The position numbers and the translations under genes were made by a program. The notes beneath the pieces were generated by a model that did no database searches, had not been told where the DNA came from, and saw only the letters and a program-made list of their open reading frames with translations. Positions 50,959-64,000 of a stretch of DNA of 64,000 bases are shown piece after piece. Position 1 is the first letter of the stretch. Each line of letters starts with the position of its first letter. The stretch covers positions 85,808,001-85,872,000 of the forward strand of contig OX597823.1 in the NCBI GenBank assembly GCA_951406725.2. The letters are read 5' to 3'. Source of the stretch: Octopus vulgaris. Its lineage: Eukaryota.

Positions 50959-52395
50959 GGTTTTTTTTCATTCCTTGTTGACATTACACTAAAAATTGTC
51001 ATAAACATTTCGAGTCATTGCATAAAACAAACATCACATTAGCGTCGCTTCTCTACCGCTGCGACAGCAACAACAAACAAACAAGGACACCACCAACAAC
51101 ACCACCACTAACAAGAACACAAGACGACATTACCTCTCCGCCCTCTTCTCTTGTTCCTGTATCATGTGTCAATCCAAACATAAGAAGAAAATCGATAATG
51201 CATCTTTTTTATGTATTTTTTTGCCTGTGCACATTGCATGTGTCTGTTGAGTTGCTCATAGCTAGCTGCACAGTGACTTAGAACAGACGATAGATTTTCT
51301 TTGCAGGCCCTCTGCTTACTAGAAATAACAGCTAAATGTTTCTGAAATCACAACATAACGTCGAAAAGTTTTGGATACTTTTCGAAAAGGAAATTCCAGC
51401 TGGTGTATCTAAAAACATTTGGGAAGTTCACGACGGGATTTTGTTTCGACAAAACCAAAAGAATAAACAATACCGTAGGTGAAAGCCAAACGTGTTTATT
51501 ATAGAACATGCATGTGGTCACTGATACACCGGAGCAGGGTTAGGGTTAGTGACAGGATGTTGTCTCAGTTTTAGACGCAGCAAATGAATTTAGCTCAATA
51601 GAGGGCATAGGATTGGTTAAAATTCGAAAAATTAAACTACTTTAAACTTACAAATTACAATTTTCTCAAGATAGCCAAGAGAAAAAAATGTTTTATTTTG
51701 ACACATTCTACCAGTATACGAAGTTTAAAAGTGTTTAGTTAACTAGAAATTGTGTTGAAAAGTGCCGTTTAAAAGGATAAGATCCGATACACCTAAAATA
51801 AGGTGGGGTTGTCAAAGGTGGAATGTCAACGCTCATAGATCTGGACTCTGCTTCGTGGTCATTTGAGGTACTAATAAACTGTACGAATATCCTCCCTAAG
51901 TTTCACGCTTCCATCTCAGAAAAAGAAACGAAACATCAGATGTAATACTAGATAAGTCACGAAAAAGTCGATGTTGTCACGAGTGAAAAGTATTTGATAA
52001 TCACAGCGCAATCAGGCTTCGATAGAGGTAAAATGAGAACGAAACGAAAGTAGATAGAGACATCCTCTCTTTCCCCTTGACTCACTTTCTCATTCTTTGG
52101 CTCTCACTTTCTCTTTCTCTCTGTCGCATTGACACTCGCGCGGGCAGATATATGTACGTACATATAGAAAGGTACGCATACATAGACACATCCAACTTAA
52201 ATATATAAGCAGAAACTAACTTCACAGATTCATCATAAATCAAGTACAGACAGGTAATAATGTAATACCTGCTTCTGTGTCTTTCATTACACATGTGTCT
52301 ATATGTGTGTGTATATATGTGTGTTTGTGTGCATGTGTATACGTATATACATTTTTACATATATAAAAATACATACATACATGTATATAAGGACG

Positions 52396-52478
<83 letters not shown>

Positions 52479-52483
52479 GTATG

Positions 52484-52568
<85 letters not shown>

Positions 52569-52573
52569 GTATG

Positions 52574-52658
<85 letters not shown>

Positions 52659-52659
52659 G

Positions 52660-52732
<73 letters not shown>

Positions 52733-52736
<4 letters not shown>

Positions 52737-52892
52737 AGGCGTGGCTGTGTGGTAAAGACTTTGTTTCCCAACCACGCGGTTCCGGGCTCAATACCACTAC
52801 ATGACATCTTGAGTAAGTGTCATCTACAAGCTCCTCAGGCTGACCGAAAACTTGTAAGTGGATTTGGCAGATGAAAACTGAAAGACGCTTGT

Positions 52893-52938
<46 letters not shown>

Positions 52939-53180
52939 TGTGTGTGTGCGTGTTTGCTTGTCTGCTTGTGCCTGTGTTTATCCCCCGCTACCGCTTGACA
53001 GCCGGTGTTGGTGGGTTTACGTCCCCGTGTCGTAGTGGTTCGGAAAAAAGACCCGGTAGAATAACCAAACAGGCTTTCAAAGAACATAAGTGCTGTGGTT
53101 GATTAGTTCGACCAAAAACAAAATTAAAGACGTTGCTCCAATATGGCCGCAGTATAACCAACTGGAATGAATGGACAAAT
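52733..53180 (+). mobile_element. Degenerate SINE family A
   Basis: gcgcaggcgtggctgtgtggtaa head; ctccaatatggccgcag tail. Confidence 0.75.
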
Positions 53181-53414
53181 AAATATAGATACATGCATAC
53201 ATACATACATACATACATAGAGACACATATATACGCAGATATATACACACACATTCATAGGTATATATATGTGTGTGTGTACGTATCTATATGTGTATAT
53301 ATATATTTAATACAATTTACTGAACTTTCAGATGTTAATATGCTAGACCACTGGTGTTAAATTGATGTTAATTAAATTAATATCCAATTTCTCACCTTCA
53401 TTTTAAATTTAAAT

Positions 53415-53459
<45 letters not shown>

Positions 53460-53770
53460 TGTATATGCTTCTTATTAGGTACTGTAAGCGAGTCACACAT
53501 TTTTATTAGAGGTGCCTTAGCATGGCCACAGCCTCAAGGCTGAAACATATAACAAAATAAAAGAATAAATACACTTCACAAATAAAAATGTATGTGCGTG
53601 TATGTTTTTCCGTGTGGGTGTGTTATGGCTTTTCTTTTGGGTGGGTGGGGGGTGGGTAAATGTATGTCTGTGTGGCCTTCAACGCAGTTTTGAGTATACA
53701 TATGTATATATAGTTTTGAGTGTATATATACATATACATACATATATATTTATATTCATATATAAATGCC

Positions 53771-53801
<31 letters not shown>

Positions 53802-55076
53802 TATTTTTACAGGAAGAAAAGAAAGAATAGACGTTAAAGGTGTAAAAATTTCCTAGATCAGAGGACGCGTTGTGTGCTTGATCAAGACACTTCATCTCAC
53901 GTTGTTCCAGTTTACTCAGTTGGCAAACATGAATAATCCTGCGACGGATCGACGCCCTATCCTGGGGGTAAGGAATACATACGCAAAGCAAACCCGGAAG
54001 CCGATCCTATGTGTGACTCGAGAAGGAACTTTACTTTTACTTATATGGCCCAGCGGTTAGTGTGTTGGGTTCGCAATCATGAAGTAGAGAGTTCGATTCA
54101 CGGACTGGGCTGTGTGTTGTGCCCATGAGCAAGACACGGATCTAGTTAAACTGATACACGAAATCTGCATTTTTTTTAAGGGGAGGTAAAAAATCTGAAA
54201 ATCAGTTATATTAATGTAGTTTCCTACTCTCATTGCTATGAAGGCATGATGTTGTGGAGAATAAAATGTAGGAAAAAATTACAGAGGTTTAAAAATCGAA
54301 AAGGCTGTATATTTTTTGCCAATAGCGGGACAGAAATATTCCGCATTTAGCAGTGTCAACTTTAAGTTTATACCCTGTTCATTGTAGGTTTCTAAATAAA
54401 CAGAAATACCTAATAAAATCAACATGTATCATCTCACTGTTTCTTTTGTCTTTTCATTGATTTCTATAGTTTTTTGTATGTTCTTAATTTTTTTTTTATT
54501 TGTTATATTAATATATTTCTCTGCGTGTGTTTACTTTCTGCGTACTTCAGTATTATGTATACCTGTCATGTATTTGTGTACAGCATTGATATATACGTGC
54601 ATGTGGATGTATAAGCTTATACGTACATTTATGTATTCATGTGTGCGTGTGTATGTGGAATGTGAAAAGGGGTGTTTGTCTCCAAAACTCCTAAGTTGAG
54701 TAGCGTTTTCCTGCTTGGATTTGCAAACTGCGATAAGAATAATACTGGTCACGAAGAATTTGTGCCAAAATAAAGAATACCTATATCTTATGTTTTTGCA
54801 TGCAGAATTAAAAAATAGTCCCAAATTATCTATATCACCCATAGTTTCTCTGTTCCACGATATCCCTCTATGTTCCTATATATACACTAGCGTAGCTAGA
54901 GTGTGTGCCGTCTGGGTCGGCTTTCCCGTTTGCTGCCCCTGGATCCCACAAAACAACACATATTGCTTACAGCAGACCCAAAATTGGTGCCCCTTTAAAA
55001 GTGGCGCGCGGGGCGAACCATCCATACCGCCTACGCCTAACAATGCTAGTATATATATATATATATATATATAGAA

Positions 55077-55452
55077 GCACTCCGTCGGTTACGACGACGA
55101 GGGTTCCGGTTGATCCGATCAACGGAACAGCCTGCTCGTGAAATTAACATGTAAGTGGCTGAGCAATCCACAGACACGTGTACCCTTAACGTAGTTCTCG
55201 GGGATATTCAGTGTGACACAGAGAGTGACAAGGCCGGCCCTTTGAAATACAGGTACAACAGAAACAGGAAGTAAGAGTGAGAGAAAATTGTGGTGAAAGA
55301 GTACAGCAGGGATCACCACCATCTCCTGCCGGAGAATCGTGGAGCTTTAGATGTTTTTGCTCAATAAACACTCACAACGCCCGGTCTGGGAATCGAAACC
55401 GCGATCCTATGACCGCAAGTCCGCTGCCCTAACCACTGGGCCGTTGCACCTC

Positions 55453-55455
<3 letters not shown>
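55077..55455 (-). mobile_element. SINE family C, full length
   Basis: Close match to 34191-34566. Confidence 0.85.
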
Positions 55456-55500
<45 letters not shown>

Positions 55501-56107
55501 CAGACACACACACACATATATAAATGTGTTTCTGTAGTAAACGGACATTTTTAAAACTTTCACGCGAGCTCTAACGTTAATTAAGATTCTAATTCCGAGT
55601 ATTTGATTTATTCTCAATGTAAGACATGTCTAATAGGCACTACTATACACGACTCCCTAGCTAGATTCTTTTCAGCAACATATTAGTGAACATTGGGAAC
55701 ACTCAATACACGTCCCACAAGAATAGAAAGTAGAAGAAAATTTTAATCTAGTTTTGTCACAATACAACCAGGATATTATTAAGAACATGGTTTGGAGCCT
55801 TCTAGCGGTAGTAAGAAAATATTTCACATCAGCACAAAAATCCGATAAACATTTCAATACCCAGAAAGCTAACGTCAGCTAATTCTGCCTTAAAAACATG
55901 GCTTCCAAGGTAACCTAGAAGAAACAAAATCGAATCACAAAGCCATTGCTACAGTCTGTTTGCAACTATCAAAATCGAATCTCTATTTAGAGGATTCTGT
56001 CTCTCTGAAGTAATTGTCTATTGGACACAACCGCAATAAAGAATATTAATAAAACAACTACTGCAAACCTTTTGAAGGTTTATTGCCAACATCTTTACCA
56101 ATTTATG

Positions 56108-56163
<56 letters not shown>

Positions 56164-56370
56164 TTTGTACATAGTCAAGTAATAGGGACAGAGGAGTAGG
56201 GGGTCAACGACGATATTGATCCATGTCTTATCATGTTTACGGTTTAGCTCTGCTTTTAGAGCTTGTTTACTTATTTGTCAACATATATGTGCAAAATGGA
56301 TGCGAATGATAGCGGCAACGCCTTCTCAAAATAGAAAGGAAAAGAAATATAGGGAATATCCTTCAGTAAA

Positions 56371-56408
<38 letters not shown>

Positions 56409-56414
56409 AGAGAG

Positions 56415-56466
<52 letters not shown>

Positions 56467-58888
56467 GTGTGTGTGTGTATGCATATGTGTGTGTCTTTGT
56501 ATCTGTATTTGTCGCCATTACTATCACCGCTTGACCACAAGTGTTGCTGTGCTTACGTCCCCCCAATATTAGCGGCTTGGCAGAAGAGATCGATTCAAAA
56601 ACTCCAAGCTTCAAAAGATAGTGAGTACTAGGATTCGAATAACGTCTTCGAGGCACTGGCCCAGGATTGCCGCAGTTTCATGACCGGAATAAGTAAAAGA
56701 AAGATAAGAAAGAACGAAACGAAAGATTATTTTCGTTCTTTCCTTTTTTAGCAATTGAGTAATAGCCAATAAGGTTATTATTTACCTGTAGACACATGAC
56801 CCGGTACGTAAGTGGAAAAAGAAAACAGTCTTTATAGGCAATTTATATTTTGTTTTCTTTCACATTTTGTCGACCTTTTTCACATCAAAATGTCTACAGG
56901 ACAAAAACAATAACCTCCTCTAGAATCAGAAAGAAAATGGAATATAACAAAAAATTAAACAAAAATAAAACATGATGAAAACAAATTGCACCACAATCAC
57001 AATAAACACTACCAACTAAAAGAAAAAATAATGAATATTTAAATGAACATTTAATTAGAAAAATTATTTCGAGCTGTTTTACGAATATTTTAAATGATAG
57101 CTGTAACAACAAAAACGACAAATATGTTATTCGGGAAAGTTAATTGACATAGGAACAACGTTAAAAGAGTCGGTTTTGCCTCGGTCGTTACATATATTAT
57201 ATTGGTTTTGAAAATTTCTGAGTTGATTCGAAGAATTGTAAATAGCCAGACAGCAAATCTTTGCTCTAGGATCAAATCCGATTGAGATCAAATATAAAGC
57301 TAATTTATTTGGACATGGTGTTGCATTCTATCTTCTTTCAAACTAACAAGTGATGGAACCACTGCACGAAATAACGAGAGAAATAGTCGGTTGGGAGTAG
57401 CAAGGATTACTGGACTGTCTACTGTGTTTGCAGTGCAGAAAAAAATTCACCTAAAACCCAGGCTAAAATAATTACATATACTTCCGTTCATACATAGTTA
57501 AGTAATAGGGACAAAGGAGTACAAAATTAAAAGTCAGGGACAACGATGATATTGTTTTATTATCATCTTTACGGTTTAGCTCTGCTTTTAGATATTGTTT
57601 ACTTATTTGTCAACATATACGAGCAAAATGGATGCTAATGATAGCGGCAGCACTTTCGCAAATCAGAAAGGAAAGAAACATAAGGAATATCCTACAGCAA
57701 AATGTAGATGTTTTAATATAGGAAAAGAAGGAGATTTCTGTTGACAATGGCACGAGTAAGAATAATTTCAGAGATTTTTGGCAAGACAAATGACATCCCA
57801 ACAGATATTTCGAGAAATGAAAATACTGAAAATATTAGAAATGACGTTGATAGAAAAGAAAGTGCTTTTGATAACAATAGAGACAAGTTTAAGACATGCA
57901 ACGAATCTTGTTTAAGAGGGAGGAGTGGTAGCGTTGGGTCACAAAGAAGTGCGTTTCCTTGTCTGAGGAATTTTTTCAGAAACAGACTAGAAGAAACATG
58001 CATGCCTATTCCTCACAAAAGAAAACGGAAGGGTCTTTCAATCTACTTGCCAAAGAGAAACTGGAGGAAGCCCTGGCCATGATTGTGCAAATAGGCTGTC
58101 AATCAATTGAAATAAAGTATTTAGAAATATCTATGTAAAAAACCGACGTGGGTAGCGAATCAACAAGCAGAAATACTGCTATTAGCACCTGCTCAATGTA
58201 TCATAATACAATACGTGACCCAACACAATATAAGGTTAACAGACATGAGTGTTAACAGTGATAATTATTCTTGGTTCGTTGTCATCTCTGCAGCGCAACA
58301 TCGGGAGGTCGTGAGAATAGAGTCGTCAAAAATGACAGACAGTTGGCAGGGAATTGTTTGGGTGTAGCAACAAAAGTCACGAAAATGGCGCTGCAGAGGG
58401 AACAATCCAGCTGCTAGTGGTGACAGTAAAATACACTAAAGGATTATTTGTCCTGAAGAAACATAAAAACAGAGGTAAGGGCAGCAACTTAAACAACAAA
58501 AGCAACATGTCCCAAAGACCGACATTTGAACATTTCATCCTCGGTTATAGTAATTGACAGGGCTGAAGCCTACTGTCAGAAGGTAACAACAACAACAGCA
58601 ATAATAGGTCTTCCGACTATAGTGAAAGTCTCCCGGCAGAACTTTCCTATGAAGTGAAACACGATCACAGACACAAGCGCAGAGTTAACTGCCTTAGACC
58701 TCTGCATTTGGATCGGGAATAACATTGTGTGATGCAATTGAAGCGAAACACCTACTACGAAGATTCTTTGTCAAGGCGCGGACGAAAATTTGTAAAAAAA
58801 AATGTGGGGGAGCAAAGGCGGTCAAAGGCAAAAGACAGTGGCAGAAAGTTTTTTTACTAAGCCCCTAATTATAACTATCAACACAAAA

Positions 58889-59118
58889 GGCGGCGAGCTG
58901 ACAGAAACGTTAGCACGCCGGGCGAAATGCTTAGCAGTATTTCGTCTGCCGCTACGTTCTGAGTTCAAATTCCGCCGAGGTCGACTTTGCCTTTCATTCT
59001 TTCGGGGTTGATAAATAAAGTACCAGTTACGCATTGCGGTCGATGTAATCGACTTAATCTGTTTGTCTGTCCTTGTTTGTTCCCTCTATGTTTAACCCCT
59101 TGTGGGCAATAAAGAAAT
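58889..59118 (+). mobile_element. SINE family B, full length with probable TSD
   Basis: Head ggcggcgagctg..gagttcaaattcc; tataactatc(a/g)acac at 58870-58884 and 59120-59134. Confidence 0.88.
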
Positions 59119-59339
59119 ATATAACTATCGACACCACCACCTACAACACCAGCACTACCAAAACAGCAGCAATGGCAAATGATGCAGCAGTGATATTAAT
59201 ATGCACAAGAATAACGGTAGTAACAACAATAGTGACAAAAACTTAGATAAAACAACAATGAAATTGTAAAGCTAAACACATTAGAGAAAAATGTATGAAT
59301 TTCATTGTTACAAGTAAGGAAAATAACGAGTTGAGAGAA

Positions 59340-60178
59340 AACATGGCAGAAAACAACAACAGGATACAGATAGAGTGGGAGAGAATTGAAGAAATTGAGT
59401 AAAGATACCAGTTGTTCCAGTGGAAAAGGATTCAGGAAATTCAACTGGCCGAAGAGGAGGTGGAGAGACTATTTAGAGTGGAGGAGGAAAAGAGAGAACA
59501 AAGAGTTCAAAATAAAGGAAAGAAAATACAAGGAGGAAATGGAGAATGGTATTTGGTGACGTACCCAAAGAATGTAGAACCAGAGAAGAAGATAGTCACG
59601 TTTAATGAAATAGTAAGAGTGAAAGTACCATCATACATATACGCAGAGGATATGAAGGCGATAGTGATCGAAAAGGAAAGCTGGGAAAATGTGTGAAGAT
59701 AGAATTGACTCACCAGGAATAAGGGTGGAATTCAAAGAATTGTCGCCAATAGTGGATCGAACAGAAATTGAACCATTGATGAAATACTACCAAAAATAAA
59801 GTTAAACTGACAGGAAAAAGAAAAAGGAAAAAAGAAAAGGATGAAAAAAAGAATGAGTAAAGTGTTTTATTTTATGTTTAAAAAAAAATATTGAAAAATA
59901 GAAGAACAATTGTAGAGAATGTATATAACGGTTCAAATACTTGCAATGGTATGTAACACAATAATTAATTGCTATGTAAATACATGATAAAAATAGACAG
60001 TGAAAACAAAAGATTAACGGTACGGCATGCGATGAGGGGCGCATGCAGCCATTCATAACCTCATTGTTATATAATCATATCATTCATATTCTTTTTATGT
60101 ATTGTCCCCTCTGTGGTGTCCTATCTGTCCTTGTTTGTTTCCCCCTCTATTTTGGGCCCTTGTGGCTAATAAAGAAAC
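59340..60178 (+). mobile_element. Possible decayed Tx1-like LINE remnant
   Basis: Purine-rich broken ORF (59412-59696) and a 3' end ..ctgtccttgtttg..gcccttgtggctaataaagaaa shared with SINE B and 42167-42220. Confidence 0.4.
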
Positions 60179-61114
60179 AGAATTAAGGAAATAATCATAA
60201 AATCATCCGTAAGAGGTCATCAGGTATTTAAAAGACAAACCTGCAGTGTCAGGATTTACTATAAGAGAGTAAACAAAAAAGGTTTGAAAGTGTCTTCCTA
60301 GGAACTTTTTTTTATCAAATTCCCAGATCTTATCAATCGCCTTCATTAAGTGCAAAGCAAGAGGCGTCTCTCACTGCCACCTCTCCGAGCAGAGAAAGAC
60401 GTTTTATTTGACTTCATATGACTACGCATCAAAGTTCTAGAATTTCATTCGTTCTGACGAAAATTCTTCAATTATTTAAAACAATATCCAAGAGAAACAT
60501 AATTCATACAGTCAGCAAGAAGACCATAACGGCAAGCATCAGCCTCAGAGAGCTAATACTGAAAAATGTCCAACTATGGGGAGGCGGTTACGAGACGTTT
60601 TGGCACAATACTTTTTCGCGGCGCTGACTCGTCGGCGCTGTTGATCCGATGCTGAGTTATTTGACATGAGACGTTTTAATTATTCATCTCGTTTTACTGT
60701 TTTCCCCGTTCTTTCTCTCTCTATATGTACGTGAGCATATTTCCGTGTATGAGAAGAGGGAAATGTGTTTATGTCACTTGTGTTCAATTAATGAATTGTA
60801 ATAGCTATCCTCCTCTCTCTCTGTCTCTTTCTATCTTTATGTGTACATCACTGCGCGCGCGTGCGCGATGGCGTGTGCGTGTGTGTGCGTGCACGCTCGT
60901 GTGTGGATGGGTGTTTGCCTGCAGCGCCGAAAAGTAATGTCATCAAAGCAAGCTAAATAGCCAATCAACCGCGCCAAATCGCCAACGTCCAAACAGCTGC
61001 GCCCAATCGACTCATTTTGCAATAGGACAATAACTTTTGGTTTTCATTTATTCTTACGTTAAGGTTGCTAAGTGGTTAGGGTGTTCCCCCGACGATTGCA
61101 AGATCGTGGTTTCT

Positions 61115-61228
61115 ACTGTGGAGGACGGGTCGTTTTGAGTGCCGCAAGATACCAGGTATCTTGGTCCTTTTTCATCTCGTCCGAAAGGTTCAACATCCTG
61201 AGGCTGTCCTTCAGTACCTCATCCTGAA
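61115..61228 (-). pseudogene. RTE-like LINE ORF C-terminal remnant
   Basis: Translates DEVLKDSLRMLNLSDEMKKDQDTWYLAALKTTRP, resembling the RTE (W)xDxV..D..W end motif. Confidence 0.55.
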
Positions 61229-61479
61229 TGTACAGCGCAAGAATTTAATCACTATAAACAAATCATGTATGCACGTTCTTCAGTAACAAATTGCAGAATA
61301 GTCTTTCTCGGACTACGAGAGAGTACAACGAAATCTTACGTTAGTTACTTTTCAATTGGCAAATTTATAAAACAAATCATATTAGAAAAGATGCTAGTGT
61401 GTTTATAAAACACTAGTGTTTATAAAACTAATCATATTAAAAAAGAGACGATCAGGCATATCCAGTATTATTAAAATTT

Positions 61480-62504
61480 TTATTATTATTATTATTTTTT
61501 TTTTATATGCTTGATTTTTGCCTTGCATTTATACAAATTGGCTCCAAGTCTCACTCAGAGACCTCAAGAGACAACAAGTTAGAAGTTCGTGTTGGTTCTA
61601 TTCCTAGGACGTCTTCCTGAAGAAACTGATAATGAATATCCCAAACAGTCCCAAGATTAAGATTCTCTTGAGTATCGTCAATCCGTTAATCAAAGAAATT
61701 AAGTTGTCTTTTGTTACTGAGTAATTAAGAGATCTGGCAATAAACGAGGGAGACAAAACATTAGAGATAAGGATTTTGAATACCATAAAAAGGCTCTAAT
61801 ACATTTTACAAATATTTGAGCATTGGCGAGAGCTGCACTTTCGTCCACTTGCATGAGATGTATTTATACGGGAGAGAAATACATACTTTAGCATAGGCAC
61901 AAGCGTTGCTATGGGGTACGAAGTCTGTTTCCAAACCACATGGTTTCGTGTTCAGTCCCACTGACTGGAATCTTGGACAACAGTCGGCTACTGTAGTCCC
62001 GGGCTAACCAAAGACTTGTGAGTGGATTTGGTTGACAGAAATTGAAAAATGTCCGTCATATGTGTGTATGTGTGTATGAGTCTTTGCGTGTTGGGAGGGG
62101 AGGTGTTTGTGTTTATCCCTCACACCTCAACATCTCTTGAGAAACGGGTCCTGGTGGGTTTACATTTCCATCATTCAACTAGCGGTTCGGTAGAGAGAGA
62201 CCGATAGAATAAGTATCAGGCATTAAAAAAACACAAGTTAGTGGGGTCAATTCGATTGACTAAAATTTTTCAAGCTGGTGCTCCAGCATGGCCGCTGTCT
62301 AATGATTTAAACAAATAAAATATAAAAGAAACGGTAAAAAAATATTGGTTTCAAATTTTGGCACAAGCCCAGCAATTTTGTGGAAGCGTGTAACTCGATT
62401 ACATCGACTCCCCTACTCAACCGGTACCTATTTTATCAGCCCCGAAAAGATAAAAGGCATTAAAATTATTATTATTATTATCATTATCATCATCATCATC
62501 ATCA

Positions 62505-62557
<53 letters not shown>

Positions 62558-63900
62558 TTCTGTTTGACTTTTTCCTTGCATGTGTACAAGTTGGCTCCAA
62601 GTCATACCCAGAGACCTCAAGAGACAACAAGCTAGAAGTTCATGTTGGTGCTATGCCTAGGGTGTCATATATTTGGTTTTGCATCTCATTGGAATTTGCA
62701 CTCAAAACGTAAAGACGGACGAAATGCCGCCAAGTATATTGTCCGGCGGGTTGCTGATTCTGCTAGTTCGCCGCTCTACATTAAAGAAATTATTTAAAAT
62801 TTGGACAGAAGGCCAGCAATTTTGGTGGGGAGGGGCTCAGCTGGTACGTATATCATCAACCTGGAAAGATGATGGCAAAGTCAACCCTGGTTAAATATGA
62901 ATTCAGAACGTAACGACGGACGAAATGCTAAGCATTTTTCTCAGCATGCTACCGATTCCGTCAGCAGTAAAGAAATATTTTAAAAAAACTGAATCCCAAT
63001 AACAAAACAATATCTGTGCCTTCAACATTCTGGCTTCAGATTTTGGCCCGTGGCGAACAATTTCAGGGGAAGGGTTATTTCGAATACAATGACTCTAGTG
63101 TTCAACCAGTACTTATGTTATCAGACTCGAAAGAATGAAGGGTAAAGTTGACTTCGGCGGAATCTGTGACCTCAACATATTGCCAGCGCCAGCTATAAGT
63201 GGAATTGGGCAGTCGCTTGACAGAACTAAATTACGTAGATTGTATTCAGAACATTATTTACATTGGACAGATATTTGTACTCATCTTGTTCTTACCACAA
63301 CCTTTCGGCTGATTTACTCTCCAGCCTTCATCAGGTGTACTGGTAGATTTTTGAACCCAACCCCGGGTTCTGATTCCTAAGGTACTTTTTACTGATATTA
63401 TTATTATTATTATTTCCCCTTCTTTCTCCAAATTTTCTTCCATTTCTCGCCGAGTGTTTTCCGTACACCTAGGGCAGAGAAGCTCATTCTATGCATTCCC
63501 AGATTACACCCGCAAAAATTCACGGGTAAAATATGTATATAAAAAAATTAATAAATAAATAAATTCATGAATGGATGTTGTTTTCACAGCGATAATGCTC
63601 TTCTCAGTACTTGAGTCGTTCCAGTTAACCTGATTATTATTATTATTATCATTATTACTATTATTATTATTATTACTTTTTTTTTCTTCTTTCAAATTTG
63701 CTTCCATTTCTTGCCGAGTGTCTTCCCGACTCCTAGGGCAAAGAAACTCATAGTATACATTGGTAGGCCATGAAACCAAACTCAATAGTTCGTTCATTTT
63801 TTTCATTTTTTTTTTGAGTTAAATTAAAATACATGAGCAGCAACAGTTCTCACATCGACAATGCTCTTCTCAATACATGTGGGCTGGACGTGTTCCTCAC
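61480..63900 (-). mobile_element. Several R4/Dong-like 3' remnants next to (TAA)n
   Basis: Duplicated 3' ends at 61500-61605 / 62558-62665 and 63415-63615 / 63675-63880; minus-strand VLRRALS C-terminal peptides. Confidence 0.5.
61894..62325 (+). mobile_element. Degenerate SINE family A
   Basis: Family head, body and tail motifs. Confidence 0.75.
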
Positions 63901-64000
63901 TGCTCTGACAGTTCGGTGGCCGAAAGCCATAGAAACACTAATATGGGCCAGTTTAGCAACGGGGAAAAATAACTCTCAAAGACTGGAACATCTACAATAC

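Noticed and set aside
51537-51550. Telomeric TTAGGG array
   Set aside because: Only about two units.
52293-52874. YI-rich ORFs here and throughout the window
   Set aside because: (TA)n/(TATG)n repeats lack stop codons.

Overview
AT-rich, microsatellite-saturated eukaryotic non-genic DNA. The SINE/LINE repertoire suggests an octopus genome (inference). I found no credible host protein-coding gene, and almost all ORF-track entries are translated (TA)n/(CA)n/(GATA)n/trinucleotide tracts. The window is a mosaic of tRNA-derived SINEs, decayed LINE pieces (CR1/L2-like, RTE-like, Tx1-like, R4/Dong-like), non-autonomous Helitrons and two Penelope-like element (PLE) fragments with GIY-YIG endonucleases. 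The standout is 20201-23760: a near-identical 480-bp tandem array (about 5.9 units, then an abrupt inversion and about 1.6 units in the opposite orientation) set inside a (TA)n tract. It carries eight canonical type I hammerhead ribozymes (HHRs) and looks like a retrozyme-like, possibly circRNA-templated element next to PLEs. About ten more PLE-type hammerhead motifs are scattered through the window, including variants with a compensatory U3-A8 core pair. Several sit in head-to-head palindromes whose 3' ends run into (TA)n.
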